Assembly: GCA_036475815.1 (NCBI GenBank)
Contig: JAZGAL010000012.1
Span: 1,969-65,968 of the forward strand
DNA: 64,000 bases
Direction: 5' to 3'
From: Gemmatimonadota bacterium
Lineage (GTDB): Bacteria > Gemmatimonadota > Gemmatimonadetes > Palauibacterales > KS3-K002
Of the stretch, positions 7,732 through 17,090 are shown piece after piece. Below the pieces are notes generated by a model that saw only the letters and a program-made list of their open reading frames with translations, searched no databases and had not been told where the DNA came from. How positions within the stretch are numbered: the stretch's first letter is position 1; each line of letters starts with the position of its first letter. A program made the translations under genes and the position numbers.

Positions 7732-8949
7732 TCAGATCTGCGAGACCCGGGTGCTCAATACCTCGAGTCCGTTTTCCCGGACGACAAGATCGTCCTCGAT
7801 TCGCACGCCCCATTCATCCGGCAGATAGATGCCCGGCTCGATGGTGAAGACCATCCCCACCTCCAGCTTGCGGCGGTTCCCGTTCACCAGATACGGGGGC
7901 TCGTGGCCATCCATCCCGATGCCATGGCCTAGCCGGTGTGTGAAGTACTTCCCGTAGCCCCCCTGTGTTATGACGGTGCGAGCGATATGGTCGAGCCGCT
8001 GGCACTCCGTACCCGGCCGGGCCGCCTCATACGCCGCCGTCTGCGCGGCCAGTACGGTGTTGAACACCTCCCGGTACTTCGGCGAAGGGTCATCTCCGAA
8101 GAAGTGCATGCGCGTGATGTCCGAGGCGTAACCGTGCACCCGGCAGCCGCCGTCTATCAGCACCGGCGTGCCGTGCTCGAGCGCCCGGTCACCTGGACCG
8201 CCGTGAGGGAGCGCGCTGTCGGGCCCGAACTGGACCAGGCCACCGCCGCGCGCGCCGCGCTGGCTCATCTGCTCGCTCAGATAAGCGGCAACCTCGCGCT
8301 CGGTGACGCCCGCCTCGAGGCTGGCGAAGGTCGCGGCAATAGATGTTTCCGTGATCGACACGGCACGGCGGATGAGAGCGATTTCCGCGTCTGACTTGAT
8401 GATCCGGAGTTGCGTGAACAGGTCGCCGGCATCGAGGAACTCCCAGTTGGTCATCACTTTCCGGAGCTTGACCACCGTCCCGTAGCGCGTGCTCGGCTCG
8501 ATTCCCAGCCTGGCGGGTCCCAGCGTCCATAGCGCGCTGTAGATAAGCCCGTAGGGGCTTTCCTCCTCCGCCCATCCCCGGACGTCGGCGAGCGAACCGA
8601 CGGCCCGCTTGATACGCTCGACCTCGAAGCCGGGCGCGACCACGAGCGGTTGGCCGTTCTTGGGGATGACCAGCGCGATCAAGCGCTCGCTGCGCCCGAA
8701 GTTGGCATTCTGCAAGTACGAGAAGTTGGTGGAAGGCTCACTGAAGAGGGCGGCAAAGCCATAGCTCGGCATGAGATCCAGAGCCCTCTCCAGCCGCTTG
8801 CGGTAGACCGAGATCGGCAACGGATCGATGCCCTGGCCGGTGGCCGGCGGGTCGAGCAGTGAATCGGCCAGACTCCTCCCTCCGAAGCTGGGAAACGCCA
8901 CGACAGCGCCCGTGGAGCTTGCGTATTTTAGGAAATCACGTCGTTTCAT
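7732..8949 (-). CDS. M24-family metallopeptidase (Xaa-Pro dipeptidase/aminopeptidase-like), Tat-exported
   Basis: Twin-arginine N-terminus MKRRDFLKYASSTGAVVAF. C-terminal pita-bread motifs DITR, HRLGHGIGMDGHEPPYL, FTIEPGIY, RIEDDLVV. Confidence 0.85.
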   Translation of the reverse strand: MKRRDFLKYASSTGAVVAFPSFGGRSLADSLLDPPATGQGIDPLPISVYRKRLERALDLMPSYGFAALFSEPSTNFSYLQNANFGRSERLIALVIPKNGQPLVVAPGFEVERIKRAVGSLADVRGWAEEESPYGLIYSALWTLGPARLGIEPSTRYGTVVKLRKVMTNWEFLDAGDLFTQLRIIKSDAEIALIRRAVSITETSIAATFASLEAGVTEREVAAYLSEQMSQRGARGGGLVQFGPDSALPHGGPGDRALEHGTPVLIDGGCRVHGYASDITRMHFFGDDPSPKYREVFNTVLAAQTAAYEAARPGTECQRLDHIARTVITQGGYGKYFTHRLGHGIGMDGHEPPYLVNGNRRKLEVGMVFTIEPGIYLPDEWGVRIEDDLVVRENGLEVLSTRVSQI

Positions 8950-9022
8950 GATGCCGCCCTGTCTAGAGTCGGATTTGGGCCTACATTATGTCCCGGTTCG
9001 TGCGCCTACAACCCTCACCAGG

Positions 9023-10825
9023 ATGCCACCGATGCGTAGCTCGCTGTTGCTCATGGCCGTGGCTGTGGCGGCGGTTGTGATTGCCGTGTGGACGATGGGG
9101 TCGGGACCGCGCCATGGCGACGCTGACTTGATCCTCACCGGCGGCGAAATCTACACCGTCGAGCCCGACCCGCCTCGCGCCCGGGGGGTGGCCGTGCGCG
9201 GTGGGCGGATCCTCGCGGTGGGATCGGAGAAGGAGGTCTCGCGCTACCGGGGCCCGAACACCGTTGTGGTCGAGCTGGATGAGGCCTTCGTGCTTCCGGG
9301 CTTCATCGACAACCACACGCACTTCAACCGTGCGGCCCAGCTTCTGCTGGGGATCAACCTCCTCGATGTGGCCGACTCCACTGTGTTGGCGGAACGCGTG
9401 GCGGCCGCGCGGGATCGTCTGCCCGGGGGAGCATGGATATTGGGCGGCGATTGGGGCGCCTATGAGGAATGGGCCATGGGTTCGACGGGTCGTGGAGGCG
9501 AAGCGGCCTCGGGCGAGCGATTCAAGCCCCACCGCAGCATGATCGACCCGCTGACGCCGGAGACCCCGGCCCTGCTCAGCCGCTGGGACCGCGGTGAGTA
9601 CCTGGCCAACGGCGTCGCCCTCGAGCTTGCCGAGATCACCCGCGACACGCCCGATCCGGCAGGAGGAACGATCGAGCGCGACCCCGAGACGGGCGAGCCC
9701 ACAGGAATCCTCACCGGCACGGCGGTGGAGTTGGTCCAGCGCGTCATCCCGCCCAAGTCGTTCGAGCAGCGGGTGCTCGAGGCGCGGGTGGCGCTCCGGC
9801 GCCTGGCGGAGAACGGCGTCACGGGAATCCACGACATCACCGGCGATCATCAGATGCGGGTGTTTCAGTACTTGCGGGACCGGGATGAACTGACCGCCCG
9901 GGTGTACGCCCGGCCCACGCTGGACAAGTGGTCCGACTTGGCCGCGGTGGGGATCCACTCCGGCTTCGGGGACGATTACCTCAAGATCGGTGGGCTGAAG
10001 GGATTCGTGGACGGCATCATGGGAAACTCCAGCGCGCGTTTCCGGGAGCCGTACGACCACCAGCCCGACCAGAGCGGCAGCTGGCGCACGATGGTGCTCG
10101 AGCCGCCCGGCATCGCCGAACTGATCCGCGCCGCGGACTCGGTAGGCCTGATTCCCCAGGTCCACGCCATCGGCGACCTGGCGGTGGACACGCTGCTCGA
10201 CTGGTTCGAGCTGGCCATCGAACGGAACGGGCCCGGCGACCACCGCTTCCGCATAATCCACGCACAGGTTGTGGAGAAGGATGACTTCGAGCGGTTCGGG
10301 AAGCTCGGGATCATCGCCGAGGTCCAGCCGTACCACGCCATCGATGACATGCGCTGGATGGAAGAGCGGATCGGCCACGAGCGCAGCAAAGGGGCCTACG
10401 CTTTCAAGTCGCTGCTCGAGGGCGGAGCGCTGCTTTCCTTCGGGTCAGATTGGCCCGGCACGAACGCAGCCTGGTATCCGGCGAAGCCGCTCCTCGGCAT
10501 CTATGCGGCGGTGACCAGGCGGACGCTGGACGGCCGGCCGGAGGAGGGTTGGTTCCCGGAAGAGCGTGTCGATGTGGAAACAGCGATCCGCGCCTACACG
10601 ATCAACAACGCCTACGCCGCCGGAGAGGAGGACCTGAAGGGGAGCATCAAAGTGGGCAAGCTGGCCGACTTCACCATCCTGGACCGTGACCTGCTGGAGA
10701 TAGACCCTTCGGAGATCAAGGACGTCAGAGTGCTCGCCACCATCGTGAATGGTCGCATGGTCTACGCGGCTGCCGAGCTGGCCGGCGCCCAGGAGCGGAT
10801 CGAGGTAGCGGCGGAGGCCGGATGA
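9023..10825 (+). CDS. Amidohydrolase-family (amidohydrolase 3 / YtcJ-like) metal-dependent hydrolase with N-terminal membrane anchor or signal
   Basis: FIDNHTHF, HAIGD, IIHAQV, GSDWP motifs. The ORF-track start at 8828 overlaps the convergent M24 gene, so the start is placed at the ATG at 9023 (or 9032), before MRSSLLLMAVAVAAVVIAVW. Confidence 0.85.
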   Translation: MPPMRSSLLLMAVAVAAVVIAVWTMGSGPRHGDADLILTGGEIYTVEPDPPRARGVAVRGGRILAVGSEKEVSRYRGPNTVVVELDEAFVLPGFIDNHTHFNRAAQLLLGINLLDVADSTVLAERVAAARDRLPGGAWILGGDWGAYEEWAMGSTGRGGEAASGERFKPHRSMIDPLTPETPALLSRWDRGEYLANGVALELAEITRDTPDPAGGTIERDPETGEPTGILTGTAVELVQRVIPPKSFEQRVLEARVALRRLAENGVTGIHDITGDHQMRVFQYLRDRDELTARVYARPTLDKWSDLAAVGIHSGFGDDYLKIGGLKGFVDGIMGNSSARFREPYDHQPDQSGSWRTMVLEPPGIAELIRAADSVGLIPQVHAIGDLAVDTLLDWFELAIERNGPGDHRFRIIHAQVVEKDDFERFGKLGIIAEVQPYHAIDDMRWMEERIGHERSKGAYAFKSLLEGGALLSFGSDWPGTNAAWYPAKPLLGIYAAVTRRTLDGRPEEGWFPEERVDVETAIRAYTINNAYAAGEEDLKGSIKVGKLADFTILDRDLLEIDPSEIKDVRVLATIVNGRMVYAAAELAGAQERIEVAAEAG

Positions 10826-12198
10826 GCGCGGCCCTCGAACAACAGCAACTGGAAGGGCGGCCGCGTAAACCGGCCCCGGCCCTTCGACCTAACCCCTGGC
10901 TCGTCGCGACTCCGGCCTTTCTCTTCGTCGTGGCCGCAGCGGTACTGATGCTGCGCCAGGTAGAACCGTTCGTGAATTGGTTCTACATCTTCGCCTGGTA
11001 TCCCACGATCCTGATTCTGGATGCCGCGCAGGCTCGCCGCAGCGGCGAGTACTATCTCATCACCCGGCCTCGCTTCGCCCTATCGGTGCTGGGCTGGTCG
11101 GCGGTGCTCTGGTTCTTCTTCGAGCTCGTCAACTTCCGTGTGGCGAACTGGTACTACGTTTTCCTGCCACACGCCCGGCCGCTTCGCTGGTTGGGAACTG
11201 CAGTGGCCTTCGCGACCGTACTGCCGGCGATCTTTCTGGCCGAACGCTGGTTGGCGGGTCGGGGTGTCTGGAACGGAGCACGGTCGCCCACATTCACGGT
11301 CACGCGGCGGACCCTGCGCGGTCTCTTCCTGACAGGAATCATCTTCGCCGCCCTGAGCCTGGCCTGGCCGAAGCTTTTCTTCCCCATGATCTGGGGTGCG
11401 CTCACCCTCTTGCTCGAGCCTTGGAATTACAAGCGTGATCCTAGCCGCTCGCTGCTCGGCGATCTCTCTATGGGGCGGCCGGGCCGGCTGCTTCGCTTCC
11501 TGGCCGGTGGCATGGCCATCGGCTTTCTGTGGGAGATGTACAACATCGAGTCGCGCAGCAAATGGATCTACACGGTTCCCGGGCTCGAGAACTTCAAGCT
11601 GTTCGAGATGCCTCTGCTGGGCTTCTTCGGCTTCCCGGTCTTCGCCATCGATTGCTTCGTCGTCTACCAGTCGCTGGTGTTGGCCGGCATCGCCGTGCCG
11701 GAGAAGCGGCCAGCCACCGGCGGACGGCAAGCGCTGCGACCCGGACGCACAATCGCCGCGATAGGGGCGGCGGCCGTATTCTCGCTGGCTGTGTTGCTGG
11801 GCATGGACCGCTGGAACACCGACTCGTTGGGGCCGCGACTCGAGGAGCTGTGGGTGGTGCGCTCGGCTGATAGGGCGAGCCTGACCGCGACTCCCTATCG
11901 CGATCTGTTCGTACTCGCAGAGGCTGAACCCGAGGATGTCGCGCGGGCGACCGGCGCCGGGATCTCGGCGGCTGAGGAGTGGGTTACAGCCGCACGGCTC
12001 TCCACCTTGAGAGGCGTGGGGACGGAAAACGCCCGACTCATATGGGAGGACGGCACAAGATCGCTGGCCGAGCTCGCGGCCGCCGATCCCGAAGCGCTCA
12101 GCGAGCGGCTGAGAGCCCGGACGGTGCGGCCGCGGACGGCCACCCCTCCAAAGGTCAGAGGCTGGGTTAGGGCCGCGCGGCGGGCCACGGCGGACTAG
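10822..12198 (+). CDS. Polytopic membrane protein with internal duplication and C-terminal helix-hairpin-helix (DUF4332-like) region
   Basis: Start overlaps the upstream stop (ATGA). Many hydrophobic helices. Repeated ELVNFRVANWYYV / EMYNIESRSKWIYTV segments. C-terminus ...LSTLRGVGTENARLIWEDGTRSLAELAAADPEAL. Confidence 0.7.
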   Translation: MSAALEQQQLEGRPRKPAPALRPNPWLVATPAFLFVVAAAVLMLRQVEPFVNWFYIFAWYPTILILDAAQARRSGEYYLITRPRFALSVLGWSAVLWFFFELVNFRVANWYYVFLPHARPLRWLGTAVAFATVLPAIFLAERWLAGRGVWNGARSPTFTVTRRTLRGLFLTGIIFAALSLAWPKLFFPMIWGALTLLLEPWNYKRDPSRSLLGDLSMGRPGRLLRFLAGGMAIGFLWEMYNIESRSKWIYTVPGLENFKLFEMPLLGFFGFPVFAIDCFVVYQSLVLAGIAVPEKRPATGGRQALRPGRTIAAIGAAAVFSLAVLLGMDRWNTDSLGPRLEELWVVRSADRASLTATPYRDLFVLAEAEPEDVARATGAGISAAEEWVTAARLSTLRGVGTENARLIWEDGTRSLAELAAADPEALSERLRARTVRPRTATPPKVRGWVRAARRATAD

Positions 12199-12264
12199 CG
12201 ACGCCGGCAAGCCCGTCTTCGCCCCGAAGCCCTGCATGTTGTTATCTTTTGTTACTGCGGCGTT

Positions 12265-12909
12265 ATGGACGAGAAGAGCAGAGAAGCGTGTGCGCGCTAT
12301 GTGGCGGATCTCTTCGCTCCCGAGGACGAGATTCTCACGGATTTGCGCCATGAGATGTCGGAAGCAGCTCTGCCTGAGATCTATATCGACGCGGAGGAGG
12401 GCCGGCTGCTCCAGGTCCTGCTTCGGGCTGTCGGTGCCAGGCGGGTCATCGAGCTGGGCACTCTGGGAGGCTACAGCGCCATCTGGATGGCGCGGGCCCT
12501 ACCGGCGGACGGCCGGCTGATCACGCTGGAGCGGGAGCCGGATCGTGCGGAGCTGGCGCGCCGTTACATCACCCGCGCCGGCTTGAGCGATCGGGTCGAG
12601 GTTCGCGTGGGCGAGGCGGCAGAGTTGCTTGAGGAACTGGTGAGCGAGGGCCCCTTCGACGCCGTGTTCATCGACGCGGACAAGGAGAACTATCCCCGTT
12701 ACCTCGACTGGTGCACAGCGAATGTGCGCCGCGGCGGTCTGGTTATCGCCGACAACGCATTCAAGAAGGGGCAAGTCCTGGATACCGCGACGCGAGATCC
12801 TCAGGTGATGGGGATTCAGGAGTTCAATCGTCGGGTCGCTCGGGATTCAAGATTCACGTCGATCGTCGTGCCGACCCGGGATGGTGTGGCGATCGCACTC
12901 GTCAACTAG
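12265..12909 (+). CDS. Class I SAM-dependent O-methyltransferase (family 3, caffeoyl-CoA OMT/YrrM-like)
   Basis: VIELGTLGGYSAIWMARAL (SAM motif I), FDAVFIDADKENYPRYL, GGLVIADN. Confidence 0.85.
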   Translation: MDEKSREACARYVADLFAPEDEILTDLRHEMSEAALPEIYIDAEEGRLLQVLLRAVGARRVIELGTLGGYSAIWMARALPADGRLITLEREPDRAELARRYITRAGLSDRVEVRVGEAAELLEELVSEGPFDAVFIDADKENYPRYLDWCTANVRRGGLVIADNAFKKGQVLDTATRDPQVMGIQEFNRRVARDSRFTSIVVPTRDGVAIALVN

Positions 12910-12912
12910 GGT

Positions 12913-13764
12913 GTGGCCGTGCGTATCAACTACCACCTTCACAACCAGTATTCCGCTGATGGACGGGGCAGTACCAAAGAAACCTGCCAGGCTGCCCTCG
13001 AACTCGAGTTCGACGAGATCTGCCATAACAACCACGTCGAGACGTTCAACCCGGAGTCGGGCGACTGGGTCGTTGACTTGGTGGAGGCGAGAGAACGGTT
13101 CGAGCAGATTCAGCACGAGATCGAACGGCTGCAGCCCGAGAACCCGGAGCTGCGGATTCTGTTCGGCGCCGAGTTCGAGTACCGCCGGGAGTGGGTCGAG
13201 ACTCTGGACGCGCTGATCGATTCCGTCGATTTCGACCTGATCATCGGCTCGGTGCACGTCGTGGACGGCCATCAAGTGTCGGGAGGGTCGATCGGCGACT
13301 ACTTCAAGGACCGCGATATCTCCGATACGTATGGCCGGTACTTCGAGGTGGTCGAAGAGATGCTGGAGTGGGGCGGATTCGATGTCGTCGGCCACTTCGA
13401 CATGGTGAAGCGGTTCGGCGCCAAGTACTACGGACCCTTCGACGCCGGGCCTTTTGAATCGCAGGTCCGGGGTGTGCTGGAGAAAATGGTCGACAAAGGG
13501 TTCGGGCTCGAGGTCAACACCTCGGGCGTGGTTCAGGCGCCTGCGGAGCCGTATCCGGGCCTCGACATCCTGAAGTGGGCGAAGGAGGCCCACGTCGCGA
13601 CGGTGACTATCGGTACAGACAGTCACGTGCCCACCAGCTTCGAGCAGGGCTGGGAAGTTGGAGATCTACTGCTCCGGCGCGCCGGGTTCACGGAGATCAC
13701 CCTGTTCAGCCACCGGATCCGCAGGAACGTGCCGCTGGTAGAGAAGCCGGACGAGGGAGAGTAG
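12913..13764 (+). CDS. PHP-domain phosphoesterase (HisJ-family histidinol-phosphatase-like)
   Basis: GTG start. INYHLHNQYSADG (HxH), ICHNNH, GSVH, GHFD, IGTDSH metal-ligand motifs. Confidence 0.8.
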   Translation: MAVRINYHLHNQYSADGRGSTKETCQAALELEFDEICHNNHVETFNPESGDWVVDLVEARERFEQIQHEIERLQPENPELRILFGAEFEYRREWVETLDALIDSVDFDLIIGSVHVVDGHQVSGGSIGDYFKDRDISDTYGRYFEVVEEMLEWGGFDVVGHFDMVKRFGAKYYGPFDAGPFESQVRGVLEKMVDKGFGLEVNTSGVVQAPAEPYPGLDILKWAKEAHVATVTIGTDSHVPTSFEQGWEVGDLLLRRAGFTEITLFSHRIRRNVPLVEKPDEGE

Positions 13765-13776
13765 CGCGGGCCAGCG

Positions 13777-14523
13777 ATGAAGCGGATCATTCCGAGCCTG
13801 GCGGTTGGCCGGGAAGGTCGATTGCTGGAGACGGTGCGATTCCACCGGCTCGAACGTCCCGACGACCCGGTGGAAGCGGCCGCCGCTTATGCGGATGCGG
13901 GCGCCGACGAAGTCATGCTCGTGGGTCGGGGGGCGCCACTTGAAGCTCTGGTATCGCTCTCGAGCCGAATCGCGCCTTCGCTCTCCATCCCCCTCGCCGT
14001 GGAAATCGATCTGGCCGAGCCGCAGGAGGTGGAGCAACTGCTGGTTGCCGGTGCCGCTCGAGTGGCTATAGAAGTTCCCGCCCTCCGGGACCCCGCACTC
14101 GTCGCGCTTCTGGCCGGTGCGTTCGGCTCCGGGGCAATCGCCGTCAGGCTCACCGCGTCGCGCGAAAGCGGGAGCTGGCGCGTTGTGGAAGGAGGTGCCG
14201 GGGTGCCCACCGAGTGGGACGCGGCCATCTGGGCAAGTGTCGTCCAAACGCAGGGGGCGGGAGAGATCGTGGTGGAGTCCACGGGCCGAGGGGCTAGCGA
14301 CGAACCCCTCGACCTCGAGCTCCTCGCAGCCGTTAGCTCGGCTGTGACGATGCCGGTGGTCGCCGCGGGAGAAGCCGAACAGCTCGAGGACCTCTTCGAC
14401 GCCCTGATGATCGGCAACGCGGATGCTGTGCTGGTGGGCTCGCTGCTGCACTCGGGCCGCGAGACGGTCGGTACGGTGAAGTCCTACCTCGCCGAGCACG
14501 GTCTGGAGACGGGGCCGGTCTGA
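13777..14523 (+). CDS. HisA/HisF-family (beta/alpha)8-barrel protein, catalytic and phosphate-binding residues not conserved
   Basis: MKRIIPSLAVGREGRLLE..., GAGEIVVESTGRGAS..., AVLVGSLLHSGRETVGTVKSYLAEHG are collinear with HisF. The canonical CLDV, DxxxLDI, GGG, SIDRDG and SGG positions read SLAV, VGRG, EID, STGRG and AGE. Confidence 0.75.
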   Translation: MKRIIPSLAVGREGRLLETVRFHRLERPDDPVEAAAAYADAGADEVMLVGRGAPLEALVSLSSRIAPSLSIPLAVEIDLAEPQEVEQLLVAGAARVAIEVPALRDPALVALLAGAFGSGAIAVRLTASRESGSWRVVEGGAGVPTEWDAAIWASVVQTQGAGEIVVESTGRGASDEPLDLELLAAVSSAVTMPVVAAGEAEQLEDLFDALMIGNADAVLVGSLLHSGRETVGTVKSYLAEHGLETGPV

Positions 14524-14530
14524 GGGCCCG

Positions 14531-16744
14531 CTAGCGGCTTGCCGATGGAAGCTGGGATCCAGGATTCACGTGACGGTCAAAGAACTCGAGAATGCGCAGG
14601 AGCCGGTCTATACGCTGAAGCGGTTCCCCTGTGCGCGATAGATCGTGTCCCGCTCGTGGGTAGCGCACGTACTCCACGGGCCTCCGCAGGACCATAAGCG
14701 TGCGGTACAGCATCTCCGATTGCGAGACCCCGGTACGCAGATCGCGGTCGGAATGCATGATCAGCAACGGGGTCTGAATCAGGTGAGCGTGGGTGATCGG
14801 CGACTCCGCACGCAGGATCTCGTAATCTTCCCACGGGTACGTGTCGAATTCCCACGGTACCAGCCGCCACGCGTTGCCTTCACCGAAGAAAGTGGCTAGG
14901 TCGTAGACCCCGCGCTGGGCTACGGCTGCCTTGAAGCGGTGGTCGTGGCCGACCAGGTAGGCGGTGAGGTAGCCGGCGTAGCTGCCGCCGGTAACGACCA
15001 TCCTGTCCTCGTCCACCTGGCCGAGCTGGACCACGGTGTCGACCGCGGTGAGCACGTCCCGCATCGGCCCCTCACCCCACTCCCGCTGGATCGCGAACTT
15101 GAAATCGTGGCCGTACCCTCCGCTGCCCCGAGGATTCGTGTACAGCACGAAGTAACCGTTCGCGGCTAGCAGCTGAAACTCGAGCCACATCGTGGACTCG
15201 CCCGGTCCCCACATGGCATGGGGGCCACCATGGATTTCCAGCGCCAGCGGGTAACTGTTCCTCGAGTCGTAGTCTAGGGGCTCGATCAGCCAGCCCTGGA
15301 TGCGACGGCCGTCGTAACTTCGGTAGTAGAAGCCACGGTGAGCCTGGACGTGAACATCGGAGAGCCAGTCGGTATTCAGGTCGGTGACCCGGCGTTCGCC
15401 GTCACCTGCAGGGTCGGAGATGTAGATCTCCGATGGGTTCGCCGGCTCGGTCACCACGTAGGCAAGGCTCTCGCTCCCCAGGTCAAAGCCGAGCACTCCC
15501 CGCTCACCGGAGACCATCTGCCTGATCTCGCCATCGCTCACCCGGACACGGTAGATCGGCACCGTTCCGTGCACACCTGCCGTGAAGTAGATAGCGGCGC
15601 CATCGGGCGACCAGCAATACTGGCGCGCGCTGCGATCCAGCGCCCGGGTCAGCCAGGTCACCTCCACTGCTTCTTCGCCGCTGGGGAATTCGATCACGCC
15701 GATCTCGGTGTTGGCTGCCGACCGGTCCGCCGTGTCACGGCCTGCGAAAGCGATGCTGCTGCCGTCGGGCGACCAGGACGGCTCGGAGATGGCGCGCTCG
15801 GGGATATCGAGCTTTCGCGGTTCTCCTCCGTCCATGTCCATGACGTAGAGATCGGTCTTCACCGAGTAATCGGGCGGGATGTCCCCGGTGATCTTGGCGA
15901 CGAAGGCGATTCTCTTACCGTCGGGTGAAAAGCTGGGGTCGCGGAAGTCGTAGGGACCGTCCGTCAGTCGGCGCGGTTTCTTCTCCCTGAGATCGATGAT
16001 GAAGATGTGCGCCCAGCTCTCGATTGGGTTGAGCTGCCGCTCGCCCTGGAAGTCCAGCCGCGTGATGACGGCCGGCTCTTCGTTCTCAGCGTTCTTCGCA
16101 AGCCAGTTTCTTATCGCGTCGATCGACCCCCACATGGCCGTGTCGGCCGCCGCCCCCTCCACCGCGGATATCGACGTGTCAGACCGGCCTGCCGCCGCCT
16201 CCAGCTCGCGGGTCGTCAATTCGGAGCCGAATAGCAGCTTGTCGCCATCGGGCGACCAGACCGGGTCGAAGGCGCCGTTCTCCATTTCTGTGAGCGCCCG
16301 GGCTTCGCCCCCGTCGACGGGGATGACGTAAACCTGCGGGTCATCGCCACTGCGGTCTGACACAAAGGCGATCGTCGTGCCGTCGGGAGACCAAACCGGG
16401 TGCCGGTCACGAACCTTGCCGCGCGTGTGCTGGCGGGGCGGCCCGCCGCTCACATCAGTCAGCCAGATGTGGCTGTAGTAAGCGTTCTCGACCGAGTCGA
16501 TTTGCGTGACCACAAAGGCGAGCTGCTGCCCGTCCGGTGAGAGGGCTACGCTGCTCGCCGTCCGAATTCGGTAGAGATCGTTCGCCTGGATGGGCCGCTT
16601 CGCTTGAGCGGCGGCTTCGTGAGTCCAGGCGAAGAGGGTGAAGAGCGACAGGGCCGCGATGGCTGAGCCGCGCAGGGTGCGGCTCGGTTCCGGGAGTTTG
16701 GACGATGCGTGCATGCTGTGACTCGGGCCGGGTTGTTTCGGCAT
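14531..16744 (-). CDS. S9-family serine peptidase (prolyl oligopeptidase/acylaminoacyl-peptidase type) with TolB-like beta-propeller
   Basis: Repeated WSPDG propeller motifs (PVWSPDGTTIAFVSDR, PVWSPDGDKLLF, PSFSPDGKRIAFV, PSWSPDGSSIAFA). Catalytic GGSYAGYL (GxSxGG). Signal peptide. Start could be the ATG at 16714. Confidence 0.9.
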   Translation of the reverse strand: MPKQPGPSHSMHASSKLPEPSRTLRGSAIAALSLFTLFAWTHEAAAQAKRPIQANDLYRIRTASSVALSPDGQQLAFVVTQIDSVENAYYSHIWLTDVSGGPPRQHTRGKVRDRHPVWSPDGTTIAFVSDRSGDDPQVYVIPVDGGEARALTEMENGAFDPVWSPDGDKLLFGSELTTRELEAAAGRSDTSISAVEGAAADTAMWGSIDAIRNWLAKNAENEEPAVITRLDFQGERQLNPIESWAHIFIIDLREKKPRRLTDGPYDFRDPSFSPDGKRIAFVAKITGDIPPDYSVKTDLYVMDMDGGEPRKLDIPERAISEPSWSPDGSSIAFAGRDTADRSAANTEIGVIEFPSGEEAVEVTWLTRALDRSARQYCWSPDGAAIYFTAGVHGTVPIYRVRVSDGEIRQMVSGERGVLGFDLGSESLAYVVTEPANPSEIYISDPAGDGERRVTDLNTDWLSDVHVQAHRGFYYRSYDGRRIQGWLIEPLDYDSRNSYPLALEIHGGPHAMWGPGESTMWLEFQLLAANGYFVLYTNPRGSGGYGHDFKFAIQREWGEGPMRDVLTAVDTVVQLGQVDEDRMVVTGGSYAGYLTAYLVGHDHRFKAAVAQRGVYDLATFFGEGNAWRLVPWEFDTYPWEDYEILRAESPITHAHLIQTPLLIMHSDRDLRTGVSQSEMLYRTLMVLRRPVEYVRYPRAGHDLSRTGEPLQRIDRLLRILEFFDRHVNPGSQLPSASR

Positions 16745-16772
16745 CCACAGGCAGCCCGCAGCCGGGGGCCGG

Positions 16773-17015
16773 CTAGCCGATCGGGCAGTAGACGTTTAGA
16801 TGACCGCAGCGACTGCAGTGCCAACCCACCCATTCAGGTGGCAGGGCGGCATCGTTTCGGCGGAGCGACCTGAAGCGCAGATGGTGGCCGCTGCGGCCCA
16901 GGACGGCGTGGCAACCGGGCAGCTGGCAACGAACGCGATGGCCGGGAGCGATGCACTCGGGGTAGAGCCACTCCCTCAGCATCACGACCTGCTGGTTGAT
17001 GCGATCTCTAATCAT
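16773..17015 (-). CDS. Hypothetical Cys-rich small protein (zinc-ribbon-like)
   Basis: Coding-like GC3. CQLPGC ... CSRCGHLNVYC cysteine pairs. The ATG at 17015 has a GGAAG SD (ORF track uses the TTG at 17024). Confidence 0.45.
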   Translation of the reverse strand: MIRDRINQQVVMLREWLYPECIAPGHRVRCQLPGCHAVLGRSGHHLRFRSLRRNDAALPPEWVGWHCSRCGHLNVYCPIG

Positions 17016-17090
17016 GACTTCCAAAATGTAAGGCGGCCGGGGGTTTCGGAAAGGGCCGCCCCCAGGGCTGCGACGATACGCAGTATGCTC

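Noticed and set aside
8828-9022. N-terminal 65 codons of the ORF-track amidohydrolase ORF
   Set aside because: This part overlaps the 5' end of the convergent or divergent M24 peptidase gene and precedes the obvious membrane-anchor/signal sequence. The start was moved to 9023 or 9032.
8981-10378. Long ORFs antisense to confidently assigned genes. This 465-aa one is an example. Others are 11080..12351, 29168..30760, 30558..31967, 34057..35079, 35907..36929, 45673..46539, 51554..52483, 52997..53911, 54611..55882, 59848..61527, 61277..62152 and 44792..45580.
   Set aside because: All lie opposite genes with clear family motifs. Their translations are Arg/Pro/His/Gly-rich with no recognisable motifs, signal peptides or SD sequences. 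This is typical of stop-codon-poor 'shadow' frames in GC-rich DNA.
13777-14523. Calling this gene hisF (imidazole glycerol phosphate synthase cyclase subunit)
   Set aside because: The catalytic Asp and phosphate-binding positions appear substituted, and no his operon partners are adjacent. It was kept as a HisF-like barrel of unknown function.
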